A stretch of DNA of 63,689 nt, filler included, from Choristocarpus tenellus KU-1152 (taxonomy: Eukaryota > Protista > Phaeophyceae), in the NCBI GenBank assembly GCA_964200185.2. It is 13 parts of 13 records of this genome, joined end to end, with 100 filler letters (N's around TTAATTAATTAA, not from the genome) between each part and the next. Parts side by side here need not be neighbours in the genome. Positions count along the whole stretch, not along the records: positions 36,101 to 43,017 come from CAXNAD020007068.1; positions 43,118 to 49,848 come from CAXNAD020007473.1; positions 49,949 to 54,966 come from CAXNAD020012147.1; 10 more parts are not named here. One strand, written 5' to 3'. The notes under the pieces are model-generated. The model did not search any database. It saw nothing but the letters and a program-made list of their open reading frames with translations, and was not told where the DNA came from. Made by a program: the position numbers and the translations under genes. Within the stretch, counting starts at the first letter, position 1; every line of letters begins with the position of its first letter. Shown here piece after piece: positions 37,481 through 51,158 of this stretch.

Positions 37481-37858
37481 CCCTTTTCTTTATCAATAGA
37501 GCCGACGACCGTGGCTACGAAGGAAGGTAATATGTAATAAAAGGCATGGTTGATACAATTGCAGCTCAATGATTATAGGTGGAGGATAAGTTTAGATGGA
37601 GATAAGACACATGTAAACGACCATCGTTTAAATGTGTAGGAACTGCAAGGCCGCAGGGAACTTAGCTAATTAAGTTCATTACTGCACCCCATTCAAATGT
37701 GTATGGAAGGTGGTGGTGTACCTCGTCAAGAAAGCAGCTAGTTCAAATTCAAGGTGGAATGATCCAGAGAAGATACGCCATACCACAAACTCCACAGAGT
37801 TCAATTAGGTGCTTGTACTACGGACCGCGGATCGAGGGTAAAGGCGTACAAAACCATG

Positions 37859-38041
37859 GGGTCAGAGTATCTGGGGGGGGGAAGAGGGGTTTCGGCGTCT
37901 GTTTACCACCCTTTTTTCGATTTTCGCGTTTTCGGTGCGATTTGGTCGCACGTGATGGGTTTGAAATGTCAGCAGAAAGAAGCGTTGTTTGATGAAAACG
38001 GATAAACACTCCCAACGACCCCCCCCCCTCTCACTGCAGCC
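37859..38041 (+). mobile_element. MITE subfamily C copy (degenerate right end)
   Basis: GGGTCAGAGTATCTG(G)n start, a poly-C tract near the right end, and homology to 23397. Confidence 0.6.
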
Positions 38042-39241
38042 ACACACAGAGTGACGTCTTTTAACCCATTTTATCAGGATCCTTAAAACACAACCTCTCA
38101 CCTAAGCCCCTCCATAGGATTGGCTTTCACATCGGATAGGGTTAGGGTTAGGGATAGGATGGTGTATGCACATTACTAATGGAACCCGGTCATTACCAGA
38201 TCACGTGCCCTCCCGTTTCAAGTGGTTTAAATTACGGAACAATTTCCACCAATAGTCTCTTGTCCCTTAAAACATTTAAAAGTTTTTTTTCTTTTTAGTT
38301 GCTGCATTACTATAATTCAACAATACTACTATTCCGGAAAGCAGATCCCATATTGGGCACCATTGTAACCAACCGCTATCTCACATATCACTTTCATCAT
38401 TTTTTTTAATTTAAATGCAGACAAAAGCATCATTTGAAAAAAAATTAACCACTGATTTCGACATTACCTAAAAATTTTAACCACTGAAGCTCAAAAAAAA
38501 AAACTCTCTAAAAAAAATATCTTCCGTAAATGCTGATATATCCCAGACAAAGCTTTTATTGTGTACACCCCCCTCATACACCAATGTCTTCTTATGACAA
38601 CATATTTTTTTGTTTTTTGTGGTGTGATAACTTTGCAAAATGCAAACAATTCTCAAGGCAGGCAGGCACGCAGGCTGGTCAATCAGTGTCAACAACGCCA
38701 TGAAAATAAGCAAGCCAAGGAACTTTGAACATATCAAGAGTCATATAGCATATCAAGAGTCACTCAAAAAAAGGGTGACTAAAGATTGAACAATGCGTAC
38801 TGGTTGCATATATTTAAAAAACACACACATTCATATAAATTAAAAAATGAGGGCTATCATCAAAATGCCTTCCCAACTCATACCACACCTCTGTCACCCC
38901 CACACTCCCCACAGAGACATCCAATCCAATCCCACAACTCCAATCACTGCGATACTTACCCTCTCACATGACTAACATTCAACTATTTGTATCCACGCTA
39001 CTATTTCACTGTTCATATACATACCACCATTTAACCATTCATGTATGTACTATCATTTAACTATTCATATTCATACCCCCACAATACCAACGGTAAACAC
39101 TCACACCACCTCCAACCACAACATGTGCATAGAAAACATAAACATCGCCACAAAAATAAAAACCAACTAGAAGTTACAAAAGCCTCTCACACTGCAACTC
39201 CCCCTCGACCCCTCCTCCCCCCTCCCCCTCCCCCAACCCAC

Positions 39242-42200
39242 CTCATCCTGTATCTGATTCCCAGGGATACTAAGCATCACTGCCTCAAATTCAGATCCCA
39301 TCTCCCCCGCTCTGGTGGCATCCTCATCACCGGCCCAGGGGCCGCACGTGACATCTGCTGCAGCTGTGAGCGGCTTGGGTCCATAACCCCCAGCAAGTGT
39401 GATCCCACAGACTGCACCAACAGTCCGATGAGGCCCCACAGCAATCCCACATTTGTGAAAATGACCAGCTAACATGGTCTTCCTCTTTTGCCTTGTCCTT
39501 TCACCATCACTCACCAGAAGTTGGGTCACTATACCCCTCGAGGTTGCATCATAGTATGCCAGGAGCTCCCCAGCCACCTGAGGTATTTACAGTGTAAATA
39601 TATATATATATATATATCGTATCAATATGCAACATAAAAATAAAAATTGCATGTATATATGTATGTACTCTGATAAAAAGTGTTACTCTTTGAACAAGAA
39701 CAATGGACACTGTACAAGAGGGCCTCCCTTCATAACAAAAAAAACACACACACACAGACAGACACACCAAAATGACTTGCATGTATGGGTGTAGTGTGTG
39801 TGTTTGTGAGCGTTTATGTGTATGTGTGATTTCAAACTTTACCTACACCTTGAGCATATCGCTTTTTAAAGATATGAACAGGACTTGTCCAACCGTTTCA
39901 AAATGATTCCAGAATACGCTTCTGATGTCTCCAGATATACACAAAAACAGAACACAAAACGTTTTTTTCCTTAAACGCATTCTTCAAAAATAGTTGCATG
40001 GTTGAAATAAAGGTATAGTAAACTAAGGTGCAGTAAACTAAAGTATAGTACACTAAAGGTACAGCAAAACAAAGGTACAGTAAACTAAGGTATAGTAAAA
40101 TAAGGTGCAGTAAACTAAGGTACAGCAAAATAAAGGTACACTAAACTAAAGGTATAGTAAGGTACAACTACTATAATTTCTACCACTTTGCATCTATCAA
40201 CAAAAGTGCCCATCATACTACAGCACATTTTATCTAGCATCATACATGGTGATTTTGTTGATCTCAAAACAAAAAATCCTTACCAAAAATAATAAAAAAT
40301 AATAACCCTAACCCTTTGAAAAAAGAATCGGGTCTATCTTCCAAAACTACACCACAAGCAACAACAAAAAGACATAATAATGTTAACCAACACAATACTG
40401 ACCTTCTCACAAGCGCGATACATACGCCTTCCAACAAAAACAAAAACCGCAACAATAAAAAAACCAAACAATGAGTTCAAGATCATCACACCGTTGTTCA
40501 AAATAAAATAAATCCAACTTCCCTTTCGATCATTCAAAATAAAAATTAAAAACATTCCAGAAAAAAAAGAGAACACACAATTGGTGAGAAAAAACAATCC
40601 GAATAACAATCTCATCCTCAAACCCTAACCCTAACCCTAACAGCCAACAGCATCAGGAGAAAACAATTCTCAACCTACTAGTGCGCTATTAAAATACAGT
40701 GACATCTCATACGTAACCCTAACCCTAATCCCAAACGAGAAAATCAGGTACATACAAAAAACCCAATCACAACTAAACTCTCTCCTCCTTCACACACACA
40801 AACACACAACAAACATCAAAGTCTTTTTTTTCTATTTTACAGGGTGTCCGGAGACAAAAAAAGGTGAACAAAAAAAAAACAATTCGCGGCGTATGTACAG
40901 TGAACAATAGAGCCGGTCCAGTCAACCAGTTTCCGCCAACTAATAACACCTCTCACCCATCACCTGAACGACATGGACACCACCACATTCTACCACTATG
41001 GGCCCAAGGAATCCAACACATTACCAACACATTACCAATACACAAATCACTCTTACCATTGACATTGATTCTTTTTTTTGAGGGAGGGGAGGTTTTGTAT
41101 AAGTTGTACCGCCTCTCTAACAAAACCCTACCGACTGCTGTAAGCCCTAACCCTATTTACAATACGCCTATCCACTTATGATACCAAAAAAAAGTCAGAA
41201 CAACTAACCCTAACCCTATTTACAATACGCCTCTCTTTTTTCTTTTTCCAAAAATCCCATTAAAACTCACCATGCAGTCAGTGGTCAGATGCCTCCCTCC
41301 CCCCCCCAAGTATATTTTATATTTTTTCTTACATTGCAACAACGCTCAACAAAACAATAATAAAAAAACAACAATGAAGCCTCACAATATACCCCAAACC
41401 CTAACCCCCCCCCACCCCCTTCCTTCAAAAAAAAAACTCCTAAAGAGCCCTCAAACCAATGTTGAGGACCTTTGGTTTCCTTCCTCCTGAACCAATGAGA
41501 GGGCCACGGACGTGCCGCATTCTTCTCATTTATTATTTATTATTTATTTCATTACTTATGTACATAAAATAAAATAAAATAATTCTCAGAATCGAAAACA
41601 AACAACAAAAAATAAAATAAATCAAAGAGATAAATAATACTTGTATATATAATAATAATAATAATAATAATAACTAACACACACAACCGACGATTGATCA
41701 CCTGAGAGAACTGACCGTAACGATTGATTCTATCAGCAGCATGGCTGCCATCAGAACCCACATGTCCTGTTTGCCCTGAAGAACACAAATCCCTGTACAC
41801 GGTAGGAGATACATCGAGTTAGCATGGGAAGGGAAGCACGGGGGGGGGTTCAAGAATGTAAAAGGGTTCAAGAATGTATCTCTTCTTGCTTCTCGGGTCC
41901 TGACATGTAAACACACAAATAAAAACAAAACATCCCATGATATCAATGAACAAGCCCTGATTGGACCACAAATGAAACGGTAGCTTACTTTGTGGATAAA
42001 TAGACAAAAAAATAAACGTAACGCGTACAGTGCACACCCAATAAAATAAATATAATAATCAAAATAAAACAACTATTGCCCACAAACAGGTACAAAAAAA
42101 ACAAACACATCAAGCATCGACCAATAAAATATCATACTGTCAAAGTACTGTAAAAATAAAATAGGAATCAGCCCCCCCACCCCCCTCACCCTCCCCAAAA

Positions 42201-42540
42201 GTCCATCTATGCTCAAACACCCTCCTGCCCTCAATCAAACAATACAAACAAAACACAATAAAATCCAACAAATCAACCCCCCCCAGTATTCTCATTCCCC
42301 CCCCCCCCAACAAAACTTGAACGACCAAACTCGACTTGATTCAAATCAATCAAGAAACACAAAAAAACTCCCCCCCTGTCTACACCCAAACCACCTCCAC
42401 CACTACTCACTCCACATGATCCCTCGCAGCCTTCTCCATACCCTCCACCCTCTCCAAGGGCCCCACAGGCTTTGCTATCTTGAGAGCAGCTATAGCCTCC
42501 CGGAGCGCCACTTCACCCTCCGCTGTCGCCACAGGAGGAC
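39242..42540 (-). CDS. CAP/SCP (PR-1-like) domain protein, partial. Exons 42411-42540, 41702-41792, 39242-39577
   Basis: Spliced product TAEGEVALREAIAALKIAKPVGPLERVEGMEKAARDHVEDLCSSGQTGHVGSDGSHAADRINRYGQFSQVAGELLAY...IVTQLLVSDGERTRQKRKTML..HFHKCGIAVGPHRTVGAVC is a protist-type CAP domain. Confidence 0.85.
40011..40165. repeat. About 15-bp minisatellite (TAAACTAAGGTAYAG), about 10 copies, in a CAP intron
   Basis: Visible tandem units. Confidence 0.85.
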
Positions 42541-43365
42541 CTACATTTTTTTTTTGTCCCAATGGATACGGAATTGGAGTAGTTGTTCAATCAATCAATA
42601 AATAAATAAAAACAGAGTACAGAACAAAATACCAAAGGGTTTCCAAACAAAGAGGTGGAAGTGCCATTTATTTTGGTCTTGTGGTGAGCACGTTGCCATT
42701 TGCATCACATCACATCACATAATCATTGCATCGCCTCCTTGTAGCGTACAAACAATTGCATTAAAAGAAATAAATAAATATACATGTGAAGCATGCTCTT
42801 CGTGATGAAGGGGAGCTGGAAGACCCACAGGATGCAAGATCAAAGAGAGACAAGTCAAAAAGGGAGAGCAATCTCTCAGAAAATCAGTCGGGAAAAGACT
42901 GTTCAGGTAATAACTGAAAGGGGGGGGGGGGGGGGGGTGGTAAGGGCACACCAAACCACCCCCTCTTACTTGGAGCAGGTGGTACGTTCAGGGCATACCT
43001 TCAAGATGCAAGAAAAANNNNNNNNNNNNNNNNNNNNNNNNNNNNNNNNNNNNNNNNNNNNTTAATTAATTAANNNNNNNNNNNNNNNNNNNNNNNNNNN
43101 NNNNNNNNNNNNNNNNNGAAGCAAGGGGTGCCGCTGGAACAGCTGGAACAATCGCCATAGTGATCTACTAAGTCAGGACAAAAGTAGGGCAACATCACAA
43201 TCCCAGGTATTGTACGACCCAGTTGTAACACTTCGCCACTGCAGATGGAATAGCATGCAACTGGTTGTAATGGAGTCATCAAACGCCCAAGTCGACAAGA
43301 AGGCTCCTGTCATCAATAGAAGTTGTTAAGGGTTAGTGTAGAGTCTGAACCAACAAGATCTTCAC

Positions 43366-44221
43366 CTCACACCCTTCGGCTTTGTGAAGCTCCAGCTTCA
43401 CACCATCCTGCACATAGACGGTGGACGTAAAAATGTAGATCCTGAATGAGAGCCAGATGCAGCAAGGGTGGCGTTAGCCAAAAGGATTATCGGATGTCTG
43501 GCCCTTAGGCGAAAGGTGTGTCGACTGATGCCACCAAAGTCTCGCATATATTAGTGTATTTCGTTATCAATTCTTCATCGTGCTACTCAGATTTCGATCT
43601 GAGGTATTACCATGATGTAGGGTACCTAGATTGTAGGAATCTCAATATCTTCGAACTGACAATCAGTACGTTGAAGTTGAGTGTGCTCGTAGTCGCCCGG
43701 CTCAGCAAAATATCAAACTTAAACAGAGACTGGTCAACAGAACGACAATAAAGAACTCGATGACATCAATTATATTCCTGAATAAGCCTAGACTGAAGAA
43801 ATGCGATGTGTTCAGTGAAGGCTAAGCTCGACACCTGTGCAGAATCAGACCCCTTATCAGTTCGCTTTTGTCAGCACTCAGTTCGCGTGCTTACAAAAGG
43901 TTACAACACAGGATTGGTCGAGTGGAACAACTAAAAGAAGGGTGTGTACAAGATGCCGAGAGGAGTGAAAATGTTGACTCACCCAGTGTCGACCGCGGAA
44001 ATTGTCCCATCTGCATTCATGGCTTCGACAGGCAGATCGACTCCACTAATTTTGGCCGCCAAGATCTCGGGCATTGTAATGCATCCCGCGCCTTCGATGT
44101 ACAAAATATCAGCTGTTAAGTCGTAGGTAAGAGTTGCCGTCTCACTACCAACATCGCATGAATGCCCTCGAGGGGCACCAAGACCCAGAAGGCATAACCC
44201 CAAAATAGTACTAGTTCGCAT
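43366..44221 (-). CDS. Brown-algal mannuronan C5-epimerase-like protein, 5' part. Exons 43983-44221 and 43366-43441
   Basis: Signal peptide MRTSTILGLCLLGLG, then CD...LTY......LYIEG.GCITMPEILAA...DTG|IYIFTSTVYVQDGVKLELH..EGCE, the N-terminal pattern of algal ManC5-E. The catalytic region is not in the contig. Confidence 0.65.
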
Positions 44222-45849
44222 GATTCCAAGTCAGCCCGCTAGTTCCGACACAAACCCACAGATCCAGATGCAGTAGCCACGTTCGAGTTTTTGTACACTC
44301 AGAAGGCTTATACCTACTTTACTCTCTTGGCGAAAATAGACAAGACCTTCTCCGACTAGTTACAAGTTCTCTAAGTCATGAGACAGAGGAAAAATTGGTG
44401 ACTCCAGCACTCGAACACGGAGGAAAGATAACGTGAAGTTCTCTTCCAATACGATTATATCAATCCAACTCTGTAACCTCTGTCGGAGGTTTTTCTGTAT
44501 GGAGATGGGTGATATTTCTCACACCTTTGGTTTAGATTTGGTGAAAAATATTTGCATCACAAATCACAGATCACAGAGATTATTATTATTGATAGGTACC
44601 CAATTCCTGGAAAAAAGAGGGTTAATCCTTAGTCGGTAAGGGATGTGCACGAAAAACAAACCAATATACTGTATCTATATGATATATTGTGGAATTTGTC
44701 AAAAGTTAAACCGTACAGAATTTTGATTTCATGTCCGACTCTCATTCAAAAGTCAAATACTTGATATTTAGATTTTAGATCATCCTCAGGGGTTTCAATT
44801 CTGATATTGAAATTTTGTCAATATTTCAAATACTGTAAGCCATCTTGTTGTCGGAACAATTACTGAAAAAGGAGAACCAACATCCTTTAATATCAAGTGT
44901 AAAAAATGAACGATTCTATTTATCATATTTATCATTCAATCAGTATAGATTCCATATTTTCCAGATTATATTTGAATGTTTAGTATAATGCTATTCTGTT
45001 ATAATTTGTGAAAACTGATTTACACTCTTCTTCTAGTTAAATGGCACCAGTTAAGAACAACACACATACAGTGGTTGAGAATATGAGGGAAGAATAAGTA
45101 CATAAAATATGAGAAAGAGAAAATCAGAAACCTATCATTATTAATCTATCATTCCTGAATTTCATAGTACGGTGTTTGGAGTGACCTCTAGGATGAACTG
45201 GATCTTGATTAGTTTCTTGGAGATGTAAGGCGTTCTGATCCCTGATCAGCATATGAAATTATAGCTGAGATCAAATGCTGTCGATTGGGGCAAAGAAATC
45301 CAGTAGCAAATTACTTTGTGTTGAGTTAGTAAGTGCAGTAAGTTTCGGTTGAATTGCAATAAAAATGAAAATCGCTGAAAATCGTATCAACAACTCTCCT
45401 TACATCACCTTGAAATTAATCTAGATGAACTGACCTCGACGGTTTCGTTCCTACAAAACACACTCTGTGCGAGGCCTTCGGAGCCTACTTAACCTTCGCA
45501 CGCAGCTCACTACAACGTAGAGTGTCGACGCAGAACTTGGCACAATGGCTGCGGAAGCCCCTCTGTCGAAGGGCATGCTGGATATCGTGGTGCGGTCTCT
45601 ACGTCCAAGTTTCACAGAAGTCGAAGGCTGAGTTTGGGCAGAGTGTACGCTCTGATGATAGCCGTGTATCGAGAGGAGGACTGCCACTTGATCGAGTGGA
45701 TCAATTAATCCCTGCGGAACAAGAAATCAAAAAGGGGTCACGACTACGACGAAGAGCGTGTAATCTTGGCCAAGGCCGATGATGAGGGCTGGCTAGCTGG
45801 CTGCTGTCTGATGAGTTTTTTAGGCATAACAGTGCAGCCGCAATAACAA

Positions 45850-46330
45850 TGAAGAGTTTAAGTAAGGAGGATCACGACTCTTCTTTTCCCGTGAAAAAAA
45901 TCGTCCTGGGAGAGAAGAAACAGTCCTCCAAGACAAATGCTGGACGACGGGCGGACGGATGTCTACGTAACTTGATTTTTGTGAGGAAAATTGCCCTCTC
46001 GCCCATCGCACCACAACCAACTCCAACCTATCTAATAATGTTTGGAGTGATTCGAGGGTCATATCAAGCTTTATTTCGACGAAAAACTCGACCACGATCA
46101 AAAGTTAGAGCTGGACAAATTCTGTCCTGGAGGCGAATACCAACACCATACAGACTACTGTCGTGCCAATAGCTTGTAGTATTGATATAGTGGTTGACTT
46201 TTCCCGTGACACAAATAGCAATATGCATAATAGTAACGATCTTGGTGCAAAAAACAATACACCAACACCTGCACTTGTTTCGGATATGGACGCCAAAGAG
46301 TTGGACCATCATACACTGGAAGAAGGAATT
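45850..46330 (+). mobile_element. Decayed Copia integrase relic
   Basis: PGGEYQHHTDYCRANSL*Y*YSG*LFP (about 46125-46205) resembles D.GGEY....FC..NGI......P. Confidence 0.4.
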
Positions 46331-48959
46331 TCAGTCTTTACCAAACTACGTACTGGTCGCAACACCACCCACAGCCTCGAAAGTATGTGTGTCCCCGTTC
46401 TCCGTTTGCACTTTAAGGCCGATGCGGGGGACCATGTTGTCGTCGTATACAACCCTAAGTAGTTCTTGTTGTGTCATCCCTCTTTGCAATCCTTTCTAAT
46501 TCCTTCGTGTGCGTAGGAGTAGTAGTGGTAGTAGTATTAGTCCATCTACTGCGCGCATCATGTGGTCCAACTAGTAGTGGTAATTGTAGTAGTGGTGGTA
46601 GTAGTGGTAGAAATAATTGCAGACAATAAGAGAAACGAAGTTATCACACACCAGATATGGTAAGCGAAGAAAACATTTCATCAGTACTACGGTGGGACGG
46701 AAAGGAAGTATATATAACAACAAACAGGTCTGCACACAAGCATCATATATAGATGAGGACAGGTAGAATCAAAATATCCTGTAAAAGAGGATCCTGTTGA
46801 CAATAAGGGGCCACTGAGACTGCCTTCTGAATTTGGTATTGTGTTTATGGGATTGTGTAATCCAAGAAAAGTTTATATGTGTAATCCTTGATCTGGTAAA
46901 CCTTCCACATGATGACTCCTGGTGGTGGTCACCTACATTTGGGTTATCGAAATGCAGGATGTGAGCCACAGCATTTTGTTATTATCCCCGTTGAGATCAA
47001 AGTTGACAAATTTCAGCACCCCCTCTCGGATACTGTCAACCCAGAAAAGAGAAAAACAATGAGAGAGTAGCATTTAGGAGAAAAGAGTGGCGAGTAGAGG
47101 AGTGTATGTGGCCTAATCTACTTAGTGGGTTGACATAGATATTGCTTGATTTAATGTGACGTACATCATCAGGTGTCATCTCATCGCAGGTTTCCTCCTT
47201 GGAAATCCGTTCATCCATGAAGAATGTCGTTATTCCATCAACTCTGCACACACACTTTAGTTATACAATGTGGGTTGGTTTGTTGTTGCTATAGTATTTA
47301 TTAATGGTTGATTCCCCAAGGGTCTGTTAGTCCCAAATCGACAGTCCCCAGATCTAAAGGAGAATAAAGTATTGAGAAGAGTGATTGGTTTGTTTAACTA
47401 ATTTGAACACATAATATATTGGTACATGGTTCTTAGACCGTTTGATGTTGAAGAGTAATGAAATAGGTAGGTGGGGTTCATTTCTTTCACTCACATCATT
47501 GTTTATAGAATGACAGAAAGATATGGACGGTGTTGGGAGTAGGTTCCATAGGAAGAAAATGCAGATGATTAATCGTAGATTTTCTTCGTTTTGTTATGTT
47601 CTTATTGGTACTTTAGTCTGCGAGTACGAACCTACTAAATGAAACTAACTAATCATTCTATACCTACCTATGTTAACCCTGACGTAAAATGTGAAGTGAC
47701 AGGTCCAGGTTGATATTTCTTGACCATATGGGGAACAGAGAACGGTGTTCTGGTGCCTTTATTACTAGAAACGCCTTCTAACATTTGTGGAAATCCCCGT
47801 ACTTGTTCTACACCTATTGTTGTGTGATGCGATTCACCCCACCAAGTCAAATATCCACACCACACGAGACACTAACGCTACTAACCGACCGTAAGCCTGC
47901 AAACTATATGCCTTTAACGTTCAGGGAGAAGAGACGGGATTGCTTTGAGGTGTTTTAGGGAGGTATCGGTATCAATAATATGCGTTGTGAAAATAATTTA
48001 TAGTAGAATACATATAATAGGTTCCTACCATTGAAGGGTCTATTTTCTCTTGTTTTCAGATACACAACTACTACTTACTATCACTACCGTTAGCTGTTGC
48101 AGGTGGTGGTGGATTGGAAGGTCTCCACGGTTGTGTCCATACAGAATATGTCGTTGTTGTGTTTTGTCGTGTTTCTACCACTTGCATGTTGTTTCTTATT
48201 GCCCCTCCCAATGAAAACACCTGCAAAATGTCAGAAGGCATAAAATATTGTAATATTTGCTTGCATTACTATACTGCCACCCTTTTATCGAACCAATATT
48301 TTGTAAATCAGACCAGCAGAGCTTTATTAATCGCAAAGTTAACTCCTTTTTGGGGATGGAATAAAGTGTAGTCTATGCTTGATTTGCATGATCTTTCTAG
48401 ATTTGTGATTATAGGAGGGGACCACCAAACAATTAGGGGTGGGAAGGCAACTGGGCAGCTGGGTGGCGTTATTGCCACAACCCTGAATTGGACAACGATG
48501 AGCTGCACGATTTCTTCACTTTTTTGTCATAATGATACCCAGGGGCGTTTAAAGGGGTGCTTCCTTTTACTTACACCCGGTAAAACACACGGGGCAATGG
48601 GTATCCCTCAAGGGTAATATGCCTTGGACTGCACTCGGTACCCTCAGTGACTGATATCTGTTAGCAAGTCTGGCACTGTTTTCCCTCTTTCACACTTATT
48701 CTTCCCAGTGTGATGAGATCCCTCTAGCGTGAACGGAAAGTGGGATTTACAAGTCGTAGTCATCCGGATTACAACCGAACTACTTTCTCAACCTTCTTCC
48801 CGATGCTTGAGATAGGCAATATAATGTGGATGCATATGGACAAGGACTTCCCTTCATCGCACCCATCTTTGAATGTGAGAAAAATGTTGTAACTGGATCC
48901 ACACTCTAATCAATGCCAGCAGAGGGACGAAGATGGGAGCGTGGTTTGTATTCCTCTGT

Positions 48960-49139
48960 GGCTCAAAGTATCTGGGTGAGGGGTGGCGGCTGTCCATTTG
49001 GGGGCCATTTTTCCATGTCGTAATTTTTGGGTGATTTGGTTACACGGTTCGGATGGATAATGTAAGCTTTTTTCCAGGTCAGGGCCCAAATGGACACCCT
49101 GATGTAGACCCCCCCCCCCTCTCCCAGATACTTTGAGTC
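48960..49139 (+). mobile_element. MITE subfamily B, full copy (180 bp)
   Basis: TIRs GGCTCAAAGTATCTGGG / CCCAGATACTTTGAGTC, internal GTCCATTTGGG / CCCAAATGGAC; TGT duplicated on the flanks. Confidence 0.88.
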
Positions 49140-50886
49140 TGTGTTACCACTGTGTTCGTATCTGTTTCCTCAGACAAACATACATGTGGTAAATAAGCTA
49201 TTACTCCTTTCTCTCTTGGTTGTCCCTTGCATCTTTCTCTTACTGCGTGCTTGTGTTGCAGGCGATATATCTTGATGACGGTTTCATAAACACCATTATG
49301 ACCTTGGAGTCCTGATTCGATATATTTGTACTTCTTGACTATTTATTTTTTAGTTATTATCATGCTTTAGGTGGTACATTGTTGCCAGTTCCTTTTTATA
49401 CGATGGTATTTATACTTATGAAGGGAATAATCCAAGTGAGAGATCCAGCATACTTGACGACTTCTGCATCAGGAGTCCTTTACGTGCACCATCGTCATCT
49501 ATAGGCTTGTGGACTGGAGCTATACATCCTGTAGAGGTAAGCTTCTGGAGCGTGCTGTAACATGGAAGTCCTACCTTGTCTCTTCAAACCGGAGAGAAAA
49601 CTTAGCTTACCGCATAGACTTCTGCATTGTAACACTTGGTCCCTGAATGTTGTTCTAATTTCTTTACTCTAGTATACAGCATTTGAATGTCCTGAAATGA
49701 TCCTGTCAGGCAAGAATAATGTTTGGCAGTCCTGCTTCTCATTTGCAACAAGCTTAATGAGCTGTTACCATCCATCCATGGTAATAATGATGAGGTGCTG
49801 CAAGGGCACAATGCTCTGCATAGGCAACAGGGGGTAGTGAGGCAGGGGNNNNNNNNNNNNNNNNNNNNNNNNNNNNNNNNNNNNNNNNNNNNTTAATTAA
49901 TTAANNNNNNNNNNNNNNNNNNNNNNNNNNNNNNNNNNNNNNNNNNNNCAGCAGTCCCATCTCCAAAACCTTCCCCCCCCCAGGAAGAGGAAGTCCATTT
50001 ACATCTGCCACAGCCCCTGCCACAGCCCCTCCTACATCTCCTGTCCCCAGTCCTGTGCGCAGAATGTTGAGACCTTGCCTTTAGAGTTTTACATTCTTTG
50101 CATCATTCATTTGTTTCAACTTTATAGGTGAGGTTCTGCAAGAACATACCATGCAAACGCACAAAGTTGAAACACGAGATCAACTGCAAAAAATAGAAAA
50201 CCTACAGCAGCAGCGCCCAGCTAATAGTAACCTCAACCTAAACTGCATCATTTGCCCATATGCTCTTCAATTTGCAGAGTGATAAACCCCCACAGCTTTA
50301 CCAGCACAATTAATCCAATCACAAATCACATACGACTTAAACCACAAAAAGAAAAAGTTCTGCTGTTTGCGTTTTTCAAGTCTTATTTTTTCCTCCTTTT
50401 CTGTATCATCACCAAGAGCATACCCGAGAGCTGCCTCACCAACAGTGATGGCAAGGCCACTAGAGCCCTCCATCACCCCATACATCTGTAGCCAACCCAT
50501 TGAGCTCCAACAGAAAAAGGTACAATCTACTACTACTGTACCCTTTCCCGGACATTCCGTAGTTAACAGGCGGAGGAGGATGAGTTGGTACCGGATCAAA
50601 GGAGAACACAAGACTGCACAGAAAGAAAAGATGAACTCTAACCCTAAACTATGTCAAACACCTTGGTAATGGATGGGTTCAATGTCATGGACTACGCTGA
50701 GATTCCTCGTAGGCAGACAAAATATCGGGCTTAGGGGAAAGCAGAGGTGTTGTTTACCTGCCTCAACCCAAGGACAAAGCATCTTTACCGCGTTCCAAAA
50801 GAATAGCATAGCACGGTTCAAAGCAGAGGCGGACAGAGCAGGAAAGTGGTTGACAACCTCAAGGTAGAGTCATTAAGCCAGGATAT

Positions 50887-51158
50887 GAGACAAAGTAAAC
50901 GAGAGGTACCCACATTTTGACTGTATTTGCATTATAAGCCAGATTTTCAATCATTTTTGATTCACACCCATATTTCAAACCATACTCTCATATGGGTGAA
51001 GTGCTAAGTTCAACTTGAGAGGGTATATTTCCCTATTGCTTGAAACCTTTCCATACAATTAAGAAAATACACTACACCTATTTATAAAGTTGAATATTGC
51101 ACATATTTGCCAGCATCCTTAAAATGCAACTCTGGGTACCTCTCGGTTACTTTGACTC
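50887..51158 (+). mobile_element. MITE subfamily D, full copy (272 bp)
   Basis: TIRs GAGACAAAGTAAACGAGAGGTACCCA / TGGGTACCTCTCGGTTACTTTGACTC; flanks ATAT/ATTA (imperfect). Confidence 0.85.

Noticed and set aside
48380-48950. IIGGDHQT...ELHDFF resembling GDQ.T/G.FH transposon-associated proteins
   Set aside because: Too degenerate and split across frames to call.
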